From: Candidatus Binatia bacterium | Lineage (GTDB): Bacteria; Eisenbacteria; RBG-16-71-46; SZUA-252 | Assembly (NCBI GenBank): GCA_035631035.1 | Contig: DASQJL010000112.1 | Span: 3,327-67,326, forward strand | DNA: 64,000 nucleotides | Reading direction: 5' to 3' | In this document: piece by piece, positions 15,768 to 24,862 of the stretch | Position numbering within the stretch: position 1 is the stretch's first letter | Layout: each line of letters opens with the position of its first letter | Program-made: the position numbers and the translations under genes | Notes under the pieces: generated by a model | Databases searched by the model: none | What the model was told of the DNA's origin: nothing | What the model saw: the letters and a program-made list of their open reading frames with translations, nothing else

Positions 15768-16747
15768 ACGCGCTGGTCGTCGGCGGCGCGGGCTACATCG
15801 GCAGCATCGTGGCCGAGGAGCTCGTGCGCGCGCGCCACTCGGCGATCGTGCTCGACGACCTCTCCACGGGGCACCGGGCGGCGGTGCCGCCGCTGGCGCT
15901 CCTCGTCGCGGGGGCCATCCAGGACCCCGAGAAACTCCGCGAGGCGTTCACGACCAAGGAGATCGACTGCGTCATCCACCTCGCGGCCAAGTCGATCGTG
16001 TCGGAATCGGTCGCGCACCCCGACCTCTATACGCGGGCGAACGTCGAGTACGGAAAGATCCTCCTCGACGCCATGCGCGACCACGGGGTGAAGCGGATGG
16101 TCTTCTCGTCCACGGCGGCGGTGTACGACGCGACGGCGCCGATGCCGCTCCGCGAGGACTCGCGCCTCATGCCCGGGAACCCCTACGGCGAGACCAAGCT
16201 CCGCTTCGAGCGGATGCTGCGGGAGCGGGGCGAGACCGACGGACTCCGCTACGTCGCCCTCCGCTACTTCAACGTGGCGGGCGCGAGCATCGACCGAGGC
16301 GAGGATCACCGGAACGAGACCCACCTGATCCCGCTGGTGATCGACGCGGCGCGCGGCGCCAAGGGCCCGGTCCCGGTCTACGGCAGCGATTATCCGACCG
16401 AGGACGGCACGGCGATCCGCGACTACATCCACGTCGTCGACATCGCCGACGCCCATCTGCGCGCGATGCGCTACCTGATGGAGGGGGGCGCGAGCGTGAC
16501 CTTGAACCTGGGGACCGGCACCGGGAGCTCAGTCCGGCAGGTGATTCGAACCGTCGAGGAGGTCACCGGACGGCCCGTCCCGACGCAGGATTCCCCGCGC
16601 CGGGCGGGGGACCCGCCGGTCCTGATCGCATCCGCCGCCGAGGCGTGGCGCGTGTTAGGCTGGACCCGGCAATTCGAGGAACTGAGCGAAATGGTGGAGA
16701 CTGCCTGGCAGTGGCGGCAGCGCTTCCCGGAGGGATACGAGGCATGA
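15764..16747 (+). CDS. galE: UDP-glucose 4-epimerase
   Basis: GTG 15764 in track ORF 15092..16747 (GTGA overlap). Blocks: VVGGAGYIGS, SSTAAVYD, NPYGETK (YxxxK), ALRYFNVAG and IRDYIHVVD. Confidence 0.85.
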   Translation: MNALVVGGAGYIGSIVAEELVRARHSAIVLDDLSTGHRAAVPPLALLVAGAIQDPEKLREAFTTKEIDCVIHLAAKSIVSESVAHPDLYTRANVEYGKILLDAMRDHGVKRMVFSSTAAVYDATAPMPLREDSRLMPGNPYGETKLRFERMLRERGETDGLRYVALRYFNVAGASIDRGEDHRNETHLIPLVIDAARGAKGPVPVYGSDYPTEDGTAIRDYIHVVDIADAHLRAMRYLMEGGASVTLNLGTGTGSSVRQVIRTVEEVTGRPVPTQDSPRRAGDPPVLIASAAEAWRVLGWTRQFEELSEMVETAWQWRQRFPEGYEA

Positions 16748-17076
16748 CCGAGCGGCCGAAACACGACGAAGACGAGCTGGAGCCCGACAAGATCCCCGAA
16801 GAGCTGGTGCGGGTGCACGACGTGCCCGACGAGGCCACCGGCACGATGCTGGCCGATTTCCTGCGCGAGCAGGGGATCGACGCCTTTTTGCAGCCGGTCG
16901 AGATCTCGATGCTGCCCGGCGTGGAGTCGGTGGGGCACGGGTACTGGGGGAAGATCGAGGTGCTCGAGCGCGACGAAGCGCGGGCGAAGACGCTGATCCG
17001 CGATTTCCTGGCCTCGCGCCCGCGGACCACGACGCGCAAGAAGAGCCCGGAGGGCGAAGGAGGCGACGCGGCGTGA
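16744..17076 (+). CDS. DUF2007-like small protein (putative signal-transducing fold)
   Basis: ATG 16744 (ATGA overlap with the galE stop). LVRVHDVPDEATGTMLADFLREQGIDAFLQ...GKIEVLERDEARAKTLIRDFL resembles the DUF2007 pattern. I hold the family call loosely. Confidence 0.5.
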   Translation: MTERPKHDEDELEPDKIPEELVRVHDVPDEATGTMLADFLREQGIDAFLQPVEISMLPGVESVGHGYWGKIEVLERDEARAKTLIRDFLASRPRTTTRKKSPEGEGGDAA

Positions 17077-18113
17077 AGCCGCTTCCCAGCGCTCCTCCCG
17101 GAGCGGTGTCCGTTCCCGCGCGAGGGGCGGGCGGGGACCTGGCCGCCCGGGTGCGGGCGATGGCCGGGCGCACGGTCCTGGTCGTGGGCGACGTGATCCT
17201 GGATCGCTACCTCTGGGGGCGCGCGAGCCGCGTCTCGCCCGAGGCGCCGGTCCTGGTCGTGGACGTGGAGAAAGAAGAGCTCCGTCTGGGCGGTGCGGCG
17301 AACGTCGCGCACAACGTGCGCGCGCTCGGGGCCACGCCGATCCTCTGCGGCCTTCTCGGCGCGGATGCCGCGGGCGAGGAATGCGCCCGTCTCCTGGCCG
17401 AGCGGCGCGTGGAGCCGGAGCGGGGCGTGGTCCGGGATGCCTCCCGCCGCACCACGCTCAAGACCCGCATCATCGCCCACCACCAGCAGGTCCTCCGCGC
17501 GGACGAGGAGAGCCGGGAGCCCGCCGGGGCTACGGCCCAGGAGCTGCTCTGGGAGCGGATCCGCGCCGCGGCCGGCCGCGCCGACGCGGCTATCGTGAGC
17601 GACTACGGCAAGGGCGTGGTCACGCCCGAGCTCCTCGACCGGCTGCTTCCCGAGCTTTCGCGCCGCGGCGTCCCGGTGGCCGTCGATCCCAAGGAAGAGC
17701 ATTTCTTCCGCTACCGGGGGGTTACCGTGATCACGCCGAACGTGGCCGAGGCCTCGCAGGCCTGGGGGCGGAAGCTTCGCGACGCCGAGTCGCTGCTCGA
17801 GGCCGGCTTCGGCCTGCGCGAGCGGCTGGACGCCCGCTCCGTCCTGATCACGCGCGGCGAAGAGGGGATGTCGCTCTTCACCGCCGAGGGGCACACGCAC
17901 TTCCCGACGCGCGCCCGCGAGGTCTACGACGTCACGGGCGCGGGGGACACGGTCGTGGCCGCGATGGGCGCCGCCCTCGCGGCCCAGGCGACGCTGCCCG
18001 AGGCCTGCGTCCTGGCCAATCACGCCGCAGGGCTCGTCGTCGCCCACGTCGGGACGGCGGCCGCCGGGGCCGCCGAGCTGATCGCCTCGCTCGAGGAGCC
18101 CGCCCTTGGGTGA
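17073..18113 (+). CDS. hldA: D-glycero-beta-D-manno-heptose-7-phosphate kinase (RfaE domain I as a separate gene)
   Basis: PfkB-type kinase. VLVVGDVILDRYLWGRASRVSPEAPVLVVDVEKEELRLGGAANVAHN matches the RfaE/HldE N-domain, and the C-terminal block is DVTGAGDTVVA. Confidence 0.8.
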   Translation: MKPLPSAPPGAVSVPARGAGGDLAARVRAMAGRTVLVVGDVILDRYLWGRASRVSPEAPVLVVDVEKEELRLGGAANVAHNVRALGATPILCGLLGADAAGEECARLLAERRVEPERGVVRDASRRTTLKTRIIAHHQQVLRADEESREPAGATAQELLWERIRAAAGRADAAIVSDYGKGVVTPELLDRLLPELSRRGVPVAVDPKEEHFFRYRGVTVITPNVAEASQAWGRKLRDAESLLEAGFGLRERLDARSVLITRGEEGMSLFTAEGHTHFPTRAREVYDVTGAGDTVVAAMGAALAAQATLPEACVLANHAAGLVVAHVGTAAAGAAELIASLEEPALG

Positions 18114-18591
18114 GGTGCTCACGTTCGAGGATGCGCTGCGCCGCCGGGCCGCGGCCCGGGTCCTCTCCCAGACCTTCGTCTTCACGAACGGCTGCTTCGA
18201 CATCCTCCATCCGGGCCACGTCGCGCTCCTCGCGCACGCCAAGCGGCTGGGGCACTACCTCCTGGTCGGGATCAACTCCGACCGCTCCGTCCACGCGCTG
18301 AAGGGGCGGGGCCGTCCGGTGCAGCAGGAAGCCGACCGCGCCACGATCCTCGCCGCGCTCTCCGACGTGGACGGCGTCTTCGTCTTCGACGACGAGACGC
18401 CGCGTGGCGTCATCGAGGCGCTCCTGCCCGACGTGCTCGTCAAGGGAGGCGACTACAAGCCGGAAGAGGTGGTGGGACGCGAAACCGTGGTGGCCGCGGG
18501 GGGACGCGTCGACATTTTTCCGACGGTGGCCGAACATTCTTCGACGAAGCTGTTGAGCAAACAGCATGCCGAGATGTCCCGGCGCGTGTAA
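18106..18591 (+). CDS. hldC: D-glycero-beta-D-manno-heptose-1-phosphate adenylyltransferase (RfaE domain II as a separate gene)
   Basis: Cytidylyltransferase fold. Blocks are VFTNGCFDILHPGHVALL, LLVGINSD and DVLVKGGDY. The start is TTG 18106 or GTG 18115. It overlaps the hldA stop. Confidence 0.8.
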   Translation: MGEVLTFEDALRRRAAARVLSQTFVFTNGCFDILHPGHVALLAHAKRLGHYLLVGINSDRSVHALKGRGRPVQQEADRATILAALSDVDGVFVFDDETPRGVIEALLPDVLVKGGDYKPEEVVGRETVVAAGGRVDIFPTVAEHSSTKLLSKQHAEMSRRV

Positions 18592-18693
18592 CGCGCCGGA
18601 ACACAATTCGTTCCTCGATTCACCGGCACGGGCGCGCCGGTCCGTGCCGTCGCCCGCCGCCGCCGCCGAGCGACCCACTCCCATCTCCCTCGA

Positions 18694-18722
18694 TTGACCC
18701 GCTCCGTGGGAGTGCCTACCAT
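18694..18722 (+). promoter_or_regulatory. Sigma-70-like promoter for the 50-aa membrane protein
   Basis: TTGACC (18694-18699), 17 nt, TACCAT (18717-18722). Confidence 0.4.
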
Positions 18723-18788
18723 TCCGGCCGTCGTACGTACGTCGACGCACGCGGAACGCTCCACGTTCCTTAACGATTGGAGAACGCC

Positions 18789-18941
18789 ATGATCGAAACC
18801 ATCGCTGTGCTGCTCGTGGTGATGTGGCTGCTCGGCATGCTCACCCACTACACGCTCGGCGGCCTCATCCATATCCTCCTCGTGCTTGCCGTCATCGCGA
18901 TCATCATCCGTCTCGTCTCGGGGCGGAGGCCGGTGGTCTGA
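18789..18941 (+). CDS. lmo0937-family small membrane protein (50 aa)
   Basis: It is below the track's length cutoff, so I translated it myself: MIETIAVLLVVMWLLGMLTHYTLGGLIHILLVLAVIAIIIRLVSGRRPVV. GGAG lies 7 nt upstream. Two TM helices and the ...GGLIH.LLV.A.I..I......GRR.. pattern are typical of this microprotein family. Confidence 0.7.
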   Translation: MIETIAVLLVVMWLLGMLTHYTLGGLIHILLVLAVIAIIIRLVSGRRPVV

Positions 18942-19051
18942 CGGGCTCTCCGAGCCGAAACGCTTCACGCCGTGCCTGACGGGCGACCCTGGCCGTGGCA
19001 TCGGGCACATGCCGCGGCCCTCGCACTCGGACTTTCCCAGGAGGGAATCGA

Positions 19052-19633
19052 ATGAACCGATCGCTGTCGGTCCTGGCCGTGACCCTGTTCGCCCTGTTCA
19101 CGATCGCGCCGTCGTTTGCGATCGCGCAGGACATGCCTCCCGCCGAGCACAAGAGCATCGCTCTAGGGTTCCACAACGATCTCGCGCCGATCGGCGTCCG
19201 CTGGTGGCTGGCGGGGCAGAAGGTCGGTGTCGATCTGGGCCTGGGATACGACCGGGAGCCGTCCTTCATCTATTCGAACGAGCACCTCTCCACGTTCCGC
19301 TTCGACGTGGGCATCCCGATCGTCCTGAAGAGCTGGTCGCGGCTCCATTTCCTCTTCCGTCCCGGCCTGGCGTACGAGAGCCGGCAGGTGGAGACCGATC
19401 CGCTCGGGATCGCTCCGTTCGACACCGACACCAACAAGGACCTGCTGATCACCGGCGAGCTGGAGGCGGAGGCGTTCCTCCTGGACAATTTCAGCGTCTC
19501 GGCGAGCCACGGGATCGGGTACGACAGCTTCGATCCCGCCGGCGGCGGCGACAAGGAGAACTCCTTCTTCACGCTCGGCAACAACTTCACCAACGTCGGC
19601 TTCCACGTCTATCTGTTCGGAGGCGAGCGCTGA
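19052..19633 (+). CDS. Small outer-membrane beta-barrel protein (OmpW/OmpX-like size)
   Basis: ATG 19052 in track ORF 18995..19633, with GGAGGG upstream. The signal peptide is MNRSLSVLAVTLFALFTIAPSFAIA|QD. Alternating hydrophobic beta-strand patterns are present (VGVDLGLGY, FRFDVGIPIVL, ELEAEAFLL, FSVSASHGIGY, NVGFHVYLF). Confidence 0.55.
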   Translation: MNRSLSVLAVTLFALFTIAPSFAIAQDMPPAEHKSIALGFHNDLAPIGVRWWLAGQKVGVDLGLGYDREPSFIYSNEHLSTFRFDVGIPIVLKSWSRLHFLFRPGLAYESRQVETDPLGIAPFDTDTNKDLLITGELEAEAFLLDNFSVSASHGIGYDSFDPAGGGDKENSFFTLGNNFTNVGFHVYLFGGER

Positions 19634-19785
19634 GCTGAAACGGGCGCGTCCTCCAGGGCGCGCCGCTCATGGGCATGGACTCGGGCCTCCGGGAGCGCAT
19701 CTCCGGAGGCCCGAAGCATTTGGGGCGCTCCGACGCCAGCTGGGGCGGCTGCGGAATCCCGCCCAGCCGGCCACCGAGGGGACCA

Positions 19786-19813
19786 TTGACAGCGTAAGCC
19801 CCTAGTGTTTAAT
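19786..19813 (+). promoter_or_regulatory. Near-consensus sigma-70 promoter upstream of the cDPGS-like/sucCD operon
   Basis: TTGACA (19786-19791), 16 nt ending in TG, TTTAAT (19808-19813). It lies about 95 nt upstream of GTG 19906. An AT-rich hexamer pair like this stands out in such GC-rich DNA. Confidence 0.55.
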
Positions 19814-19905
19814 CTGTTGCACCTGATCGCCGTCCACGCAATGAAGATCCGTCCGGCGTCTCCCGAAGCCCGGCGAGCGGCTCGAAGATCCCGCCGCCTT
19901 GCCCC

Positions 19906-21396
19906 GTGAGCGCCGTCGCGACGACTCCAGAAGAAGGGGTGCCTCGAGTGAAACGCCAGAGAAGGGTCGTGATCATGGGCGCCGGCGGGCGCGACTTTCA
20001 CAACTTCAACACGTACTTCAAGACGCGACCGGAGTACCAGGTCGTGGCGTTCACGGCGTCGGCTCAAATTCCGGGGATCGACGATCGCCGCTATCCGCGG
20101 TCTCTCGCCGGAAAGCTCTACCCCAAGGGGATCCCGATCTTCTCGGAGCAGGAGCTGCCGGAGCTGATCCGTGACCAGGACGTCGACCTGGTCGTCTTCG
20201 CCTACAGCGACGTCTCCCACGAGTACGTGATGCACAAGGCGTCGTGGGTGGCCAGCCTGGGCCCCGACTTCATGATCATGGGACCGCGCAGCACCATGCT
20301 GCAGAGCAAGGTCCCGGTGATCGCGGTGAACGCGGTCCGGACCGGCTCGGGGAAGAGCCAGACCACGCGCAAGGTGTGCGAGGTGCTGAAGGGGATGGGC
20401 AAGCGCGTCGTCGCGATCCGCCATCCGATGCCCTACGGCGACCTGGGGCGCCAGGGGGTGCAGCGGTTCGCCACCTACGCCGACCTCGACCGCCACAAGT
20501 GCACCATCGAGGAGCGCGAGGAGTACGAGCCGCACATCGACCGCGGCACCATCGTCTACGCGGGCGTGGACTACGCCGAGATCCTGGCCGCCGCCGAGAA
20601 GGAGGCGGACGTGATCGTGTGGGACGGCGGCAACAACGACTTCTCCTTCTACAAGCCGGACCTCCAGATCGTCGTGGCCGATCCGCACCGGCCGGGGCAC
20701 GAGCGCACCTATCATCCGGGGGAGATCAACACCCGGATCGCCGACGTGGTCGTCATCAACAAGGTCGGCACCACCGACTACACGAACGTGGAAGCGGTGC
20801 GCGCCTCGGTGCAGCAGCTCAATCCCGGGGCGGTCATCGTGGACGGGGCCTCGCCGATCTCCGTGGACCGGCCCGACCGGATCAAGGACCGCCGCGCGCT
20901 GGTGATCGAGGACGGCCCGACGCTGACCCACGGCGAGATGAAGTACGGCGCCGGCGTGATCGCGGCCAAGCGCTGGGGCGCGCGGGAGATCGTCGATCCC
21001 CGTCCCTGGCTGGTCGGCGAGATCAAGGACACCTTCCGCCAGTATCCCGGGATCGGCGCCCTCCTCCCCGCCATGGGGTACTCGGGCACGCAGCTCCGCG
21101 ACATGGAGCGGACGATCAACGCCTGCGAGTGCGACGTCGTCGTGATCGCGACGCCGATCGACCTCCGGCGCCTGGTGGACATCAAGCATCCCACCGTTCG
21201 GGTGGGCTACGAGCTGGAGGAGATCGGACGGCCGAAGCTGGAGGACGTGATCGGCGAATTCCTCGCGGCCCGCTCGGGGAAGTCCGCCGCGCGGAAGGGC
21301 GCCGCGCCGGTCCGTCCCGGCAAGGGGCGGGTGGCCCGGGCGGCGAACAAGCCGCCGGTGCCGACCGGCCGCTCCCGCGGGCGGGGGAAGCGATGA
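19906..21396 (+). CDS. Cyclic 2,3-diphosphoglycerate synthetase-like P-loop NTPase (family often annotated just 'GTPase'), with basic C-terminal tail
   Basis: Track ORF. It has [28 protein letters not shown], a P-loop ([12 protein letters not shown]), [13 protein letters not shown] and [10 protein letters not shown] recognise this block pattern from bacterial proteins annotated as cDPG synthetase or GTPase. The function call is from memory only. The tail is [38 protein letters not shown]. Confidence 0.5.
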   Translation: MSAVATTPEEGVPRVKRQRRVVIMGAGGRDFHNFNTYFKTRPEYQVVAFTASAQIPGIDDRRYPRSLAGKLYPKGIPIFSEQELPELIRDQDVDLVVFAYSDVSHEYVMHKASWVASLGPDFMIMGPRSTMLQSKVPVIAVNAVRTGSGKSQTTRKVCEVLKGMGKRVVAIRHPMPYGDLGRQGVQRFATYADLDRHKCTIEEREEYEPHIDRGTIVYAGVDYAEILAAAEKEADVIVWDGGNNDFSFYKPDLQIVVADPHRPGHERTYHPGEINTRIADVVVINKVGTTDYTNVEAVRASVQQLNPGAVIVDGASPISVDRPDRIKDRRALVIEDGPTLTHGEMKYGAGVIAAKRWGAREIVDPRPWLVGEIKDTFRQYPGIGALLPAMGYSGTQLRDMERTINACECDVVVIATPIDLRRLVDIKHPTVRVGYELEEIGRPKLEDVIGEFLAARSGKSAARKGAAPVRPGKGRVARAANKPPVPTGRSRGRGKR

Positions 21397-22529
21397 ACCT
21401 GCACGAATTCCAGGGCAAGGAGCTGTTCCGCGCGGCGGGAATCCCGGTTCCGCCGGGCGAGGTGGCGCGCTCGGCGGACGACGCCGCGGCGATCGCCGAC
21501 CGTCTCGGCTATCCCGTCGTGGTGAAGGCCCAGGTCCTGATCGGCGGACGCGGCAAGGCGGGCGGCGTGAAGATCGTGAAGAACCGGGACGAGGTGATGC
21601 GCGAGGCGGGGCGGATCCTGGGCATGGACATCCGGGGCCACGTCGTGCGGCAGGTGCTGATCACGCCCGCCACGGACATCGAGAAGGAGTTCTACGCCGG
21701 CATCGTGCTCGACCGGAAGTTCGAGACGCCCCTCCTCATGGTGAGCCCCTCGGGGGGCGTCGACATCGAGGAGGTCGCGCGCATGGCGCCGGAGAAGATC
21801 CTGCGCGTGCATCTCGACGGCCGCGGGCTCCCGGCGTACCGGGCCCGGGCCGCGGCGCGCTTTCTCGACCCGCGCTTCGCCGTGCAGAAGCAGATCGTTC
21901 CGATCCTGACGAAGCTGGCCGCGCTCTACCACGACCAGGACGCCTCGCTCGCCGAGATCAATCCGCTCGTGGTCTCCGCGAGGGGCGAGGTCGCCGCGCT
22001 CGACGCCAAGGTGGTCATCGACGACAACGCCCTCGACCGCCACGCCGAGCTCGCCGGGATGCGCGATCTGGGCGCCGAGGACCCGGGCGAGGTGGAAGCG
22101 CGCGAGAAAGGGCTCTCCTACGTGCGGCTCGACGGCACGATCGGCTGCGTCGTGAACGGGGCCGGGCTCGCGATGGCCACGATGGACCTGATCCAGTACC
22201 ACGGCGGCAAGCCGGCCAACTTCCTGGACATCGGCGGCTCGTCGAATCCAGACAAGGTGACCGCCGCGATGAACATCCTGACCCGGGACGCGCGCGTGCG
22301 CGCGGTCCTGTTCAACATCTTCGGGGGCATCACGCGCTGCGACGACGTGGCGCGAGGGCTCCTGACCGCGCTCGACCGGATCGGCATGAAGCTGCCGATC
22401 GTGATCCGCCTCACCGGAACGAACGAGCAGGAAGCGCGGGATCTCCTGAGCGCGCGCGGCATGACGGCCCTGAGCGACATGGACGAGGCGGTCCGGGCCG
22501 TGATCGCGCGCGCGGCGGAGGCGGCATGA
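21393..22529 (+). CDS. sucC: Succinyl-CoA synthetase beta subunit
   Basis: ATG 21393 in track ORF 20244..22529 (ATGA overlap). Blocks: [60 protein letters not shown] and [10 protein letters not shown]. Confidence 0.95.
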   Translation: MNLHEFQGKELFRAAGIPVPPGEVARSADDAAAIADRLGYPVVVKAQVLIGGRGKAGGVKIVKNRDEVMREAGRILGMDIRGHVVRQVLITPATDIEKEFYAGIVLDRKFETPLLMVSPSGGVDIEEVARMAPEKILRVHLDGRGLPAYRARAAARFLDPRFAVQKQIVPILTKLAALYHDQDASLAEINPLVVSARGEVAALDAKVVIDDNALDRHAELAGMRDLGAEDPGEVEAREKGLSYVRLDGTIGCVVNGAGLAMATMDLIQYHGGKPANFLDIGGSSNPDKVTAAMNILTRDARVRAVLFNIFGGITRCDDVARGLLTALDRIGMKLPIVIRLTGTNEQEARDLLSARGMTALSDMDEAVRAVIARAAEAA

Positions 22530-23596
22530 GCATCCTCATCGATCGCAGCTCCCGCGTGCTGGTGCAGGGAATCACGGGGCGGGACGGCTCCTTCCACGCC
22601 AAGCAGATGCGCGACTACGGCACCCGCGTCGTGGCGGGAGTGACCCCCGGCAAGGGGGGCACCGACCTGGACGGCATCCCCGTCTTCGACTCGGTCGAGG
22701 AGGCGGTCCAGAAGACCAAGGCCGACGTCTCCGTCATCTACGTTCCGGCGTCGCTGGCCCAGGACGCGATCTACGAGGCCGCCGATGCCGAGATCCCGCT
22801 CGTGGTCTGCATCACCGAGGGGATTCCGGCACGCGACATGATCGAGATCGCCGCCTACCTGAGCGGCCGCTCGACGCGGCTGATCGGACCCAACTGCCCG
22901 GGGCTCATCTCCCCGGGGCAGTGCAAGGTGGGAATCATGCCCGGGTTCATCCACGCGCCGGGGCGGATCGGCCTGGTCAGCCGGAGCGGAACGCTCACCT
23001 ACGAGGTGGTCTGGCAGCTCACGCGCGCCAAGATGGGACAGTCGACCTGCATCGGGATCGGCGGGGATCCGATCATCGGCACGCGCTTCACCGACGCGCT
23101 GGCCCTCTTCGAGGGGGACGACAAGACCGACGCGGTCGTGCTGATCGGCGAGATCGGCGGCGCGGACGAGGAGGAAGCCGCCGCGCTCATCGAGTCCACC
23201 ATGACGAAGCCGGTCGTGGCGTTCATCGCGGGGCAGACGGCGCCTCCCGGAAAGCGGATGGGCCACGCCGGCGCCATCGTCTCGGGCGGATCGGGCACGG
23301 CGCAGGAGAAGATCGCGCGCTTCGAGCGCGCGGGGGTGCCGGTCGCGAAGGTCCCGTCCGACATCCCGCGGCTGGTGAAGACGGCGCTGGAGCGCGGCCG
23401 GCCGAAGCTGCGCGTCGTGGCCGGGGGAGCCTCGCGCGCCGCGGCCGCAGGGAAGAAGGCGGCGCCGAAGAAGCGCGTCGCGCCGCGTCCGGCCGCGACG
23501 TCCGCGGCGAAGCGCGGGGCCACGAAGAAGCGGGCGGGAGCGCGCCCGGCGGCCAAGAGACGCGCCAAGCCGGCAAGGTCGAAATCGCGTCACTGA
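22526..23596 (+). CDS. sucD: Succinyl-CoA synthetase alpha subunit with ~65-aa Lys/Arg/Ala-rich tail
   Basis: Blocks: [46 protein letters not shown] and GHAGAI (active-site His). An extra tail follows: [65 protein letters not shown]. Confidence 0.95.
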   Translation: MSILIDRSSRVLVQGITGRDGSFHAKQMRDYGTRVVAGVTPGKGGTDLDGIPVFDSVEEAVQKTKADVSVIYVPASLAQDAIYEAADAEIPLVVCITEGIPARDMIEIAAYLSGRSTRLIGPNCPGLISPGQCKVGIMPGFIHAPGRIGLVSRSGTLTYEVVWQLTRAKMGQSTCIGIGGDPIIGTRFTDALALFEGDDKTDAVVLIGEIGGADEEEAAALIESTMTKPVVAFIAGQTAPPGKRMGHAGAIVSGGSGTAQEKIARFERAGVPVAKVPSDIPRLVKTALERGRPKLRVVAGGASRAAAAGKKAAPKKRVAPRPAATSAAKRGATKKRAGARPAAKRRAKPARSKSRH

Positions 23597-23687
23597 TCGG
23601 AACGGAAGTGTTCGAGGCGCTGCCTGGAGCCATCCGGGGGCGCCTCAGTCTTGTCGCGCGCTGCGCGCGCGACGACATGGAGGGCGC

Positions 23688-24104
23688 GTGGAATCGACGC
23701 TGTTCATGATCAAGCCGGACGCCGTCCGGGCGGGGAAGATCGGCCTGATCCTGGCCGAGGTGGAAAAAGCGGGGTTCACGGTCGCCGAGATGCGGATGGT
23801 GCGGCTCACTCCGGATCGCGCGCGGCAGTTCTACGCCGTGCACGAGGGGAAGCCGTTCCTGGGTGACCTGGTGTCGTTCATGTCCTCGGGCCCCGCGGTC
23901 CCCTGCCTGCTGAAGCGCGAGAACGCCATCAAGGCGCTCCGCGATCTGATCGGCGCGACCGATCCCAAGGAAGCGAAGCCGGGGACGATCCGCGCGCTCT
24001 ACGCGGAGAGCAAGCAGAACAACGCCGTCCACGCTTCCGACTCGCCCGAGTCGGCCGCGACCGAGATCCCGTTCTTTTTCGACGCCGTGGGAGCCGCCCG
24101 CTAA
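23688..24104 (+). CDS. ndk: Nucleoside diphosphate kinase
   Basis: GTG start after GGAGGG. Blocks: TLFMIKPDAV, FYAVHEGKPFLGDLVSFMSSGP, PGTIRALY and NAVHASDS (catalytic His). Confidence 0.9.
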   Translation: MESTLFMIKPDAVRAGKIGLILAEVEKAGFTVAEMRMVRLTPDRARQFYAVHEGKPFLGDLVSFMSSGPAVPCLLKRENAIKALRDLIGATDPKEAKPGTIRALYAESKQNNAVHASDSPESAATEIPFFFDAVGAAR

Positions 24105-24115
24105 TCTAAAGGGCC

Positions 24116-24610
24116 ATGCAGATCGACCTGAGAGAGCTGGCCCAGGGCCAGACCCATCTGGAAATGGACGTTACGGGCGATTCCGTCGGGCTCTTGCCGA
24201 CGGAGGCGGTCCTGGACGCGCCCATCCACCTGTCGCTCAACCTGGACCGTCGCTTCGATGAGATCTGGATCCGCGGGAAGGCGCAAACCACGGCGCACCA
24301 GGAATGTAGCCGGTGCCTGGTCGAGTTTCCCGAGAAACTGGAATTGGAGTTCGACGTCTTCTGTGCTAAGGTCCCGGCCTCGAACGTCCAGGGCCATCCG
24401 GCGTTGGATGAAGAAGATGGCGGGGTTCACTTCCACGACGGCCGGACCCTTTCCATCGACGACGAGATCCGGGAAGCGGTGATCCTGGGTCTCTCGATGA
24501 AGCCGCTCTGCCGCGAGGACTGCAGGGGCCTCTGCCCGCAGTGCGGCGAGGACCGGAACGCCGGACCCTGCCGCTGCGAACGCGCCGTCGCCCAGGGCGC
24601 GGCCCGATAG
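24116..24610 (+). CDS. yceD: YceD/DUF177 family protein
   Basis: Conserved position upstream of rpmF. It has the paired Cys motifs CSRCL ... CREDCRGLCPQCGEDRN. Confidence 0.8.
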   Translation: MQIDLRELAQGQTHLEMDVTGDSVGLLPTEAVLDAPIHLSLNLDRRFDEIWIRGKAQTTAHQECSRCLVEFPEKLELEFDVFCAKVPASNVQGHPALDEEDGGVHFHDGRTLSIDDEIREAVILGLSMKPLCREDCRGLCPQCGEDRNAGPCRCERAVAQGAAR

Positions 24611-24652
24611 GCCGCACCGGAACCCGGCGTCCAGCCACGAGAGGAACGAACC

Positions 24653-24844
24653 ATGGCGGTACCCAAGAGAAGGCACTCGAGCACCCGCGGCAAGAAGCGC
24701 CGGACGAACTGGAAGCTTCGCATGCCGTCGCGGTCGCTCTGCTCCCACTGCAGCCAGCCCAAGCTGCCGCACCGGGTCTGCGCGCACTGCGGCTACTACG
24801 CCGGCGAAGAGGTGATCGCGCGGGAGGGTCTCCGGGCTTCGTAG
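24653..24844 (+). CDS. rpmF: 50S ribosomal protein L32
   Basis: MAVPKRRHSSTRGKKRR... with a C-x2-C ... C-x2-C zinc ribbon (CSHCSQPKLPHRVCAHCGYY). Confidence 0.95.
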   Translation: MAVPKRRHSSTRGKKRRTNWKLRMPSRSLCSHCSQPKLPHRVCAHCGYYAGEEVIAREGLRAS

Positions 24845-24862
24845 GCTTCCACGCCAACGACC

